Part shown: positions 1 to 6,672 of the stretch, piece after piece | Layout of the letters: every line of letters begins with the position of its first letter | How positions within the stretch are numbered: the stretch's first letter is position 1 | From: Octopus sinensis | Lineage: Eukaryota | Reading direction: 5' to 3' | DNA length: 10,438 nt | Assembly: GCF_006345805.1 (NCBI RefSeq) | Contig: NW_021827409.1 | Coordinates: 1 to 10,438 of the forward strand | Notes under the pieces: model-generated | Seen by the model: only the letters and a program-made list of their open reading frames with translations | Database searches by the model: none | What the model was told of the DNA's origin: nothing | Translations under genes and position numbers: made by a program

Positions 1-483
1 GATGGTTTCAAAACCCTTATACGATATGTTTAGAAATAGCAGTCAAAACCGCTGTAAAGCCTGTTTTATAATATATCCTCTGTAAATTTTCCCAACTCAT
101 ATCCGGTTATTTTGCAGGGACTCAAATTCACCGGTCTTTTCTCATAATCGCTGTGCATGACATTTGAATTCAAAACTTGAATGTGTAGATAGCGGTTGAC
201 ATATTTCTCTTGCCGGTTGGGATACATGTTATCCGCAAGGTAAGGTCTTGCATTGATTTATATCTATAGGAATATTCCCCTGACGACACTAATGGGTCCT
301 TTTATAAGTCCCTAACATCGATATTGCAATAGGGAATTAACCAGTTAATTTCAAGTTGTGGATTCTATTTGTCATGTCACCCGAGACAGCTTTTATCGTG
401 AAGAGAAATAATATGAGTGAGGAAAATGGCTTTATATCGGTTTTGACTGCTATTTCTGAACGTGTAAGAGTTTTGAAGCCGTC
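1..483 (+). mobile_element. Foldback element A (inverted repeats 1-61 / 428-483) containing a hammerhead-like motif; left end may extend beyond the window
   Basis: Reverse complement of 1-61 (ggctttacagcggttttgactgctatttctaaacatatcgtataagggttttgaaaccatc) aligns to 428-483 (ggctttatatcggttttgactgctatttctgaacgtgtaagagttttgaagccgtc) with a few substitutions and one short gap. No TSD can be assessed. Confidence 0.7.
274..337 (+). ncRNA. Degenerate type I hammerhead ribozyme motif
   Basis: Stem I attccc (274-279) / gggaat (332-337); core CUGACGA (280-286); GAUA instead of GAAA (320-323); palindromic stem III attgcaat (323-330); AUA cleavage triplet (329-331). Stem II (287-319) pairs poorly. Confidence 0.45.
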
Positions 484-860
484 TTAGTTATAATTGTGAC
501 TTGTTCCTGATTATAAACATTCTACGCCAATAACAAAAATCCAAGCTTCAGGATTTTTCCCCTCTACCAATTCAGGGACGATACAACCTGGAGCCAACGA
601 ATTAGTAAAGAGACTCTTTTTATTACAAAATACAGACCCCTTTTGAACGCGTCTACAACAAACGACATATCCACCTCGGCCTTAGACTAACACAAACACA
701 CACGCAAATATTAAAAATGATACTCTCAAGAGATTCCCAAGAATTCATTAAAAAACAGTCCCAATCACTACTATAATCCATAACGAGCCAATTTTAAGAC
801 ACTTGACCATTTCACACCTTACTACTATCATACTACCTACATTCCTTCTTATTCTCCCAT

Positions 861-930
861 CTCTTTATTCTTCTTCTTCTCCTCTCCCTTCTTCTTCTTC
901 TCCACCTTCATCTTCATCTTCTTCTCCTTC
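861..930. repeat. Imperfect (TCT)n / CT-rich low-complexity tract
   Basis: tcttcttct..ccttcttcttct..tcatcttcatcttcttctcc; it produces the Ser/Pro-rich ORF 803-1039. Confidence 0.85.
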
Positions 931-989
931 CCTACCAAGAATTCACAACGACCTTCAACCCACAAGAGTAAACAAGAGAGAAAGAAACA

Positions 990-1190
990 GGCAGAAACAA
1001 GGAAAATGCTATTTGAACACTATGCAAATATTCTTTTAAAAGAAACTTTTCTTTTAATTTTTTCCAAAATTTAATTGTTTTCCATACTTACAGTTGAAAA
1101 AGTCTCAATGACTGAAACCGGTACTGAAATGTTTTTCATACAATTATTAGCATTTTCTACCTTGACTTTTTTCCATATATGAATATATAA
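990..1190 (+). mobile_element. Element B: probable 3' fragment of a Penelope-like/retrozyme-type repeat ending in (TA)n; boundaries approximate
   Basis: Hammerhead-like fold at 1091-1126, then about 55-60 nt of T-rich tail running into a TA microsatellite. No inverted copy seen. Confidence 0.4.
1091..1126 (+). ncRNA. Minimal hammerhead-like motif with altered core
   Basis: cag - UUGAAAA (vs CUGAnGA) - agtc/tcaat/gact stem-loop II - GAAA (1114-1117) - palindromic accggt stem III (1117-1122) - GUA (1121-1123) - ctg pairing with cag. Confidence 0.45.
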
Positions 1191-1219
1191 TATATATATA
1201 TATATATATTTTCATCTAG

Positions 1220-1247
1220 TTTCAGCTCACGAGCTGTGGCCATGCTG
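1220..1247 (-). mobile_element. Short fragment resembling the 3' end of the SINE or a related element
   Basis: tttcagctcacgagctgtggccatgctg resembles 9573-9600 tttcagtcatttgactgcggccatgctg; very short. Confidence 0.35.
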
Positions 1248-1281
1248 ATATAACTTCTCACAAATCTATCCATACAATCAC

Positions 1282-1343
1282 ATATATATATATATAATAT
1301 ATATATATATACCCACGTTACATATACCCACGTTACATATGTC

Positions 1344-1385
<42 letters not shown>
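1282..1385. repeat. (TA)n microsatellite interrupted by a 15-bp tandem duplication (acccacgttacatat, 1311-1325 / 1326-1340)
   Basis: Read directly from the sequence. Confidence 0.9.
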
Positions 1386-1388
<3 letters not shown>

Positions 1389-1430
1389 TTTCTAAATATC
1401 TCAAAGAGATATAAGCAGTGGTGGAACGAT

Positions 1431-1856
1431 AGAGCAGTTGTCTACTGTCAACTTAATGTGACAGTCCCATCAAGGTAATTACATCACCGCTATTTAGCCC
1501 TTGGAAGCATCAACGCTTCCTGTCCGCCTTCACACATTTCCTGTGTCCTCATGTTTACAAATGGGAGACAAGCACCCCCAACAGCTAGGCCTGCATCCAG
1601 AGACATGACATGTTTCTGAGGCTTGCTCGTCATCAGTCTGGGGCAGCAAGGCCTGCGGCTGAAGATACCTGTCTAGGCTTTGTAAACATATATATATTTT
1701 CAGTGAAGTATATTCACTGATCACCAAAATGAGAATCATAAGGACACAGGAAATGTGTCAAGGCCGACAGGAAGCGTTGATGCTTCCGAGGGCTAAATAG
1801 CGGTGGTGTAATTCCCTTTATGGGACTGTCACATTAAGTTGACATTATACAACTGC

Positions 1857-1859
<3 letters not shown>
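1431..1859 (-). mobile_element. Foldback element C: 123-bp inverted arms (1431-1553 / 1737-1859) with a hammerhead in the spacer
   Basis: Arms align ungapped with 9 mismatches in 123 nt. Complementarity resumes after a 50-nt indel (atgtttacaaa 1551-1561 / tttgtaaacat 1679-1689). No clear TSD; right end abuts a (TC)/(TATC)/(TA) microsatellite. Confidence 0.85.
1591..1646 (-). ncRNA. Type I hammerhead ribozyme, intact core, predicted GUC cleavage 3' of 1602
   Basis: Minus strand: ctgc-c-ccaga CUGAUGA c-gag-caagc-ctc-a GAAA cat-gtc-at GUC tctgg-at-gcag. Stem I 5 bp plus 4 bp distal; stem III ACAU/AUGU 4 bp; stem II 3 bp with a C-A opposition at its base. Confidence 0.75.
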
Positions 1860-2142
<283 letters not shown>

Positions 2143-2595
2143 TTATTCTTGAAAGTCTTTAAATTGCAGTGTTCGCCTTCATTACGTTAAACATTGATTG
2201 AAAGGTAACTGATGTCGCGTTTAGCCATCAGGCTGAACAGAAATTTACAAATGGCGACGGAAGCAGTATTAGTTCAAAGATTAGCTCTCTGAATACATAC
2301 TAATAAACCTATACTGGGGGTCGATATTATTATTCAAACTGTCACACGTGTAGCCCTGGCACATTCATTGTCCAGTAAAGGAATAACAGAGTTATTTAAA
2401 CAGAAATACAGAATATGAGTTATTTGAAGGAATTGTGTTCGACCTTCTCTGTAGATTGACTACAAATATTTCACCAAGACATTTTCATATCAGTTGCAAA
2501 TATATTGGGCTCTGAATTAAATTATTATTGCTTTGTGCCTACAACAAATTTTGTCATATTGTTTACTTAAGACTGCGAGTTATTTTGATTTGTTT

Positions 2596-2619
2596 ATATA
2601 TATATCTATATATATATAT

Positions 2620-2650
<31 letters not shown>

Positions 2651-2657
2651 ATATATA
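2596..2657. repeat. Imperfect (TA)n microsatellite
   Basis: Read directly from the sequence. Confidence 0.9.
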
Positions 2658-2762
2658 AATGGAATGCAGCGTTGTCGAACGAGCACGTGAAATATGGTTT
2701 AGGCGGTTGCCAATACAGAAGCAGGATTCCTTAACAACGTCTCTGTTTCACATTACGCTGGT

Positions 2763-2866
2763 CATGATGATGATGATGATGATGATGACGATGATGATGA
2801 TGATGATGACGACGACGATGATGATGATGATGGTGATGGTGATGATGATGATGATGATGGTGATGG

Positions 2867-2910
<44 letters not shown>

Positions 2911-3189
2911 GTGATGATGGTGATGATGGTGATGATTACGATGACGATGATGACGATGACGATGATGATGACGATGATGATGATGATGATGATGATGATG
3001 GTCATGATGATGATGACGATGACGATGATGACGATGATGATGGTCATGATGACGATGATGATTGATGAGAAGAAGATGATGAGAAGAAGAAGAAGAGAAG
3101 AAGAAGAAGAAAGAAGGAAGAAGAAGAAGAAGAAGAAGAAGAAGAAGAAGAAGAAGAAGAAGAAGAAGACGAAGAAGAAGAAGAAGAAG
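2763..3189. repeat. Compound trinucleotide repeat: (GAT)n with GAC/GGT variants (to about 3066) followed by (GAA)n
   Basis: Read directly; explains the poly-Met/poly-Lys ORF 2659-3258 and poly-Ile ORF 2748-3047. Confidence 0.95.
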
Positions 3190-3430
3190 GGGGTTAATGT
3201 CGAGGCTATCTTACAACAGTGTTTGGAATGTGACTGTTTTAATTTTCCGACTGATTAAAAAGAAACGTTTAAATTCCATCGTCTCATGCCGACCAAATTC
3301 ACAATCACCATTGAGATCCTACATGTTCCCTTTTTTTCTCTCTGCAGCGCACTTAATGGGGAGATAAACATCTGATTCAGATCATAAGTCTCAAGTTTCA
3401 AAGACTATTATGCATTCACTTACAAACATA

Positions 3431-3528
3431 GATGAATGTGTGTGTGCGTGTTCGTGTCCGTGTGTGTTTGTATATTACTTAGATCAGTGTCTGCGTAAGT
3501 CGCTACTCGAAGTTTTTTTTTATATTAC
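3431..3528 (+). repeat. Direct repeat copy 1 (partner 3862-3950)
   Basis: 42-bp identical core ttgtatattacttagatcagtgtctgcgtaagtcgctactcg at 3468-3509 and 3889-3930; both copies start gatgaatgtgtgtg and run into a T-tract followed by attac. Confidence 0.9.
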
Positions 3529-3594
3529 TCTACTCTACCACTGGTATTTGAGTACTTCTTTTTTCCCTTGTTTCACATTATGTGTTTACTCCGG
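3521..3594 (+). mobile_element. 3'-tail fragment of the element D family, ending in ccgg + (TA)n
   Basis: Nearly identical to the reverse complement of 4267-4338 (tatattactctaccactggtatttgagtac...tgtgtttactccgg), with small indels. Confidence 0.8.
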
Positions 3595-3644
<50 letters not shown>

Positions 3645-3650
3645 TATATT
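3595..3650. repeat. (TA)n microsatellite
   Basis: Read directly from the sequence. Confidence 0.9.
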
Positions 3651-3737
3651 ACATAAAGACATATACACATACTTTCATATATATATCGGCATCTATATAT
3701 ATCTTTATGCATACACACTAATACAACATACATATAA

Positions 3738-3863
3738 GGCGCAGGAGTGGCTGTGTGGTAAGTAGATTTCTAACCAACCACATGGTTCCGGGTTCAGTCC
3801 CACTGCGTGGCATCTTGGGCAAGTGTCTTCTGCTATAGCCCCGGGTCGACCAATGCCTTGTGA
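3738..3863 (+). mobile_element. tRNA-derived SINE, 5' head only (octopus OK/OR-like family by recall)
   Basis: ggcgcaggagtggctgtgtggt (A-box-like) and gggttcagtccc (B-box-like); closely matches the reverse complement of the head of the full copy at 9551-10017; breaks off at gccttgtga. Confidence 0.85.
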
Positions 3864-3950
3864 TGAATGTGTGTGTGTGCGTGTGTGATTGTATATTACT
3901 TAGATCAGTGTCTGCGTAAGTCGCTACTCGGAGTTTTTTTTCATTATTAC
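3862..3950 (+). repeat. Direct repeat copy 2 (partner 3431-3528)
   Basis: See copy 1; the identical cores are 421 bp apart. Confidence 0.9.
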
Positions 3951-4073
3951 AGTCCTCAGGCGAATAATTGAATAAATATTATTATTCTGGCCGACCAAAC
4001 ACTTTATTTTATTTGCTTAATGTATTATTCCTAAGTGAAAGCATTATTTTTTTTTCTCTCCTTCCAATCCTTC

Positions 4074-4077
<4 letters not shown>

Positions 4078-4130
<53 letters not shown>
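4078..4130. repeat. (TC)n microsatellite
   Basis: About 26 perfect units, read directly. Confidence 0.95.
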
Positions 4131-4133
<3 letters not shown>

Positions 4134-4266
4134 CTCTCGTTATCTCTTTATCTCTATCTCGTTATATGTATGTTGTATTAGTGTGTATGCATAAAGATAT
4201 ATATAGATGCCGATATATATATGAAAGTATGTGTATATGTCTTTATGTAATCTATATATATATATA

Positions 4267-4480
4267 CCGGAGTAAACACATAAATGTGAAACAAGTGGGA
4301 AAAAAAGAGTACTCAAATACCAGTGGTAGAGTAATATACTTTATTTAAAGCAGCAGAAAATTCAACAAACCTGTTACTCTGAGTTTCTCCCGTTGCCGTT
4401 CATCGGACAGTTTTTGCTAGCAACGGTAAACTCAGAGTAACAGTTTTGTTGAATTTTCTGCTGCTTTAAATAAAGTATAT
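4267..4480 (-). mobile_element. Foldback element D (Penelope-like tail with 5' inverted copy), flanked by (TA)n on both sides
   Basis: 4334-4395 is inverted at 4421-4480 (atatactttatttaaagcagcagaaaattcaacaaa.ctgttactctgagttt...cgttg). Hammerhead-like fold on the minus strand at 4371-4415; 3' end at ccgg 4267. Confidence 0.75.
4371..4415 (-). ncRNA. Variant/degenerate type I hammerhead (CCGAUGA core)
   Basis: Minus strand: aaaaactgt CCGAUGA a-cg-gcaa-cg-gga GAAA ctc-a-gag UA acag. Stem I ctgt/acag; near-palindromic stem III ACUC-a-GAGU; GUA site; stem II has a GCAA tetraloop but an unpaired base. Confidence 0.5.
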
Positions 4481-4522
4481 ATATAATATATATATATATA
4501 TATTATATATCTATTATATATA
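4476..4522. repeat. Imperfect (TA)n microsatellite
   Basis: Read directly from the sequence. Confidence 0.9.
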
Positions 4523-4620
4523 AATTTAAAATGAGGTGAGAAATTAGATATTAATGTATTAACATCAATTTCACATCAGTGGTCTAGCATATAAAAAAGG
4601 TTCAGTAAAATTGTATTATA

Positions 4621-4783
4621 TACATATTAGAGGGAAACCACTATGTGGACACCCTTATGCTAGAAGTAGATCCGCTATTGTCTTACCCCTATGAAATGTT
4701 CTCAAGAAAAATTTAGCTAAACAACCAAAGCGTAATCGAGCGAGACAAAAGAAAAAGCAATAAAAATACTGGTTTCCCCTCTA

Positions 4784-4790
<7 letters not shown>
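4621..4790. mobile_element. 170-bp mini-foldback / MITE-like element with 20-21 bp inverted ends in TA context
   Basis: tacatattagagggaaacca (4621-4640) vs tggtttcccctctaatatgta (4770-4790), one indel; TA flanks. Confidence 0.65.
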
Positions 4791-4817
<27 letters not shown>

Positions 4818-4823
<6 letters not shown>

Positions 4824-5362
4824 GAAAGAATGGAGTCGAACGAAGCTTTTAACAAAATTCCTTTACTCTCAACACATGTTTCGAAGACTGCATACATGGT
4901 GTCCACAGTGATAATGAGTGTTTTTTAAAATAATCCGTTATAAGCAATGACGTCAAAATTGGTTGGAAGGAGGAAGTTCTAAAAATAGGAAGGGGGACAG
5001 TATGTAGTGCTGCATGTATGGGGATGCGACGGGTGTTTGCTTATGTTAATGAGTTTGAGTGTTTATGTGTGTGTATGTCCCCTTTCTATTTTTAGAACTT
5101 CCTCCTTCCAACCAATTTTGACGTCATTGCTTATAACGGATTATTTTAAAAAACACTCATTATCACTGTGGACACCATGTAGGCAGTCATCAAAAAGTTT
5201 TTGTTCGTCTTGAGGCTGATAGAGGTTCCTTGTCTTTCCTGATGAGAAGACGGCATAATGCACCCTTTATTCTTCGGATTAAGAGTATGCAGTCTTCGAA
5301 ACATGTGTTGAGAGTAAAAGAATTTTGTTAAAATCTTCGTTCGACTCCATTCTTTCATTTAT
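4818..5362 (+). mobile_element. Foldback element E: near-perfect long inverted repeat with a hammerhead in the right arm
   Basis: Outer arms 4818-4895 / 5285-5362 (2 mismatches in 78); inner arms 4886-4999 / 5076-5188, including a run of more than 90 nt of perfect complementarity; 76-nt spacer; left end in (TA)n, right end followed by caataaaaaaaaaa. Confidence 0.9.
5234..5314 (+). ncRNA. Type I hammerhead ribozyme, intact core, long stem II, predicted GUU cleavage 3' of 5309
   Basis: ctttc (5234-5238) / gagag (5310-5314) stem I with one GU; CUGAUGA 5239-5245; stem II gaagac-g-gcata / tatgc-a-gtcttc with G10.1-C11.1, capped distally by c(UUCG)g at 5272-5277; GAAA 5298-5301; short stem III AC/GU. 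Confidence 0.7.
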
Positions 5363-5510
5363 TCAATAAAAAAAAAACACAATTTCCACACGAGAACACG
5401 GGGTTTCTGCCCTTGGCATGTAGCTTCAACCGTGTTTTCTGAAGTGAATTTACTACCCGGTATCGATTAACCGAATTAATCCATATAGGATAATTCATTC
5501 ACCTACTTAG

Positions 5511-5561
<51 letters not shown>

Positions 5562-5608
5562 GTATGTATGCATGTGGTTGTGTATGTATGTATATGTATG
5601 TGTGTGCG
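5511..5608. repeat. (TA)n-(TATG)n-(TG)n compound microsatellite
   Basis: Read directly from the sequence. Confidence 0.9.
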
Positions 5609-5630
5609 TATTTATATAACTTTTAATGCC

Positions 5631-5744
5631 TTTTCTTTTACTTGTCGGAGCCATGCAGGAGCTCCACGTTGAATAATTTTAGTCGAACGAATCGACCCGA
5701 GTTCTTATTTTTAAAGCCTGGTGTTTATTCTATCAGTCTATTTG
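5631..5744 (-). mobile_element. Eroded 3' fragment of the SINE family
   Basis: Colinear with about 9555-9680 (cttttacttg..gccatgc.ggagc..tcga.c.aatcgaccc..ttatt..taa.gcc..tattctatc.gtc). Confidence 0.7.
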
Positions 5745-5869
5745 CATACACATGTTTTTAAATATATCCTTTAATTCCGTGTACGGGAAACGTTTTGAAT
5801 ATAATTCAGGATAAATATAGCAATGATAATCATAATAATCCTTGGACGGAATTTACAAATATTTTATTG

Positions 5870-6303
5870 GCATCTTTTCGGTTTGAACGGCAGTTTTTAA
5901 CATAATTTCTAGGTAACTAAAAAATTTTTAACTTCGTATACTGGTAGAATGTGTTTATAAAACATCTTTTTCTCTTGGCTTTATTGAGAAAATTCTATAG
6001 TTTGTAAGATATTTGTTGTTTTTTTTTCTTCAATTTCTGCTTTTTCAACCAATCAGTGACGTCCATTGAGGTAAAAAAAAACATTCTGTGCCGTATGAAT
6101 ATGTCCCTCGTTTAAGAAACATTGGGTTTATTTACATTTGTGAAGAAAAAAAGATTCCCTCCCCTACCCCCTAACCCTAACCCTAACTAACCCTAACCCT
6201 AAAACAGATTGAAATGCAATAGATCGATACTAGGGTCATAATTATGGGTGACAATTTCATATGACACCGCTAGAAAAAACTGCCGTTCAAACCGAAAAGA
6301 TCC
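5870..6303. mobile_element. Non-autonomous DNA transposon (MITE) with 29-bp TIRs, 7-8 bp TSD and internal telomeric repeats
   Basis: TIR gcatcttttcggtttgaacggcagttttt (5870-5898) / aaaaactgccgttcaaaccgaaaagatcc (6275-6303), 1 mismatch; flanks ttttattg (5862-5869) and ttttatta (6304-6311); no ORF. Superfamily not assigned. Confidence 0.85.
6169..6202 (-). repeat. Interstitial (TTAGGG)n: five units plus one truncated unit, inside the MITE
   Basis: ccctaa ccctaa ccctaa ctaa ccctaa ccctaa. Confidence 0.9.
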
Positions 6304-6452
6304 TTTTATTATATCGCTTACGCGCGTTTCTATAAAATACATGTTTCTTCTGATCATAGTCTCTATTCCTGGGATGATTATAGTGCAGTCTGTCTGCAGT
6401 ATCCATGGACATGTTTTCAAATATATAAGTACGAAAATGTATACATTCGTGT

Positions 6453-6454
<2 letters not shown>

Positions 6455-6510
<56 letters not shown>
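6455..6510. repeat. (TG)n microsatellite
   Basis: About 28 perfect units, read directly. Confidence 0.95.
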
Positions 6511-6514
<4 letters not shown>

Positions 6515-6672
6515 CGTGTAGGCGTGGCTGTGTGTTAAGAATTTGCTTCCCAACTGCCAGGTTCAATCCCACTGCATGACACCTTGAGCTAGTGTCTTCT
6601 AATATGACCTCCGGCCGACCGGGGCCTGACGAGTGGAATTGGTACACGGAAACTGAAAGAAGCCCGTCGTAT
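6515..6672 (+). mobile_element. Older, more diverged SINE head (different subfamily variant, small internal deletion)
   Basis: ggcgtggctgtgtg..gttcaatcccactgc..gtgtcttct..ggccgacc..cggaaactgaaagaagcccgtcgtata matches the reverse complement of about 9855-10017. Confidence 0.8.

Noticed and set aside
803-1039. ORF resembling a signal peptide plus Ser/Pro-rich region
   Set aside because: Non-ATG start, derived from a CT-rich low-complexity tract, ends inside element B.
1530-1739. 69-aa minus-strand ORF with several Cys
   Set aside because: Lies wholly within foldback C and overlaps the hammerhead; no recognisable domain.
2659-3258. 199-aa ORF with poly-Met/poly-Lys (and antisense poly-Ile ORF 2748-3047)
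   Set aside because: Simple translation of the GAT/GAA microsatellite, which lacks stops in those frames.
3738-3810. tRNA gene
   Set aside because: A/B-box-like motifs are present but no cloverleaf is evident, and the sequence continues into SINE body shared with other copies.
6169-6202. True telomere or healed chromosome break
   Set aside because: Only five units, and enclosed by the TIRs and TSD of a MITE.
6626-6670. CUGACGA-gtg...cac-g-GAAAC...GUC hammerhead look-alike inside the SINE
   Set aside because: The homologous SINE copy near 9880-9900 reads ccttgtgactgg here, so the core arises from copy-specific mutations, and stem I does not pair. It shows that cores alone can occur by chance, which is why stem registers were required for the accepted motifs.
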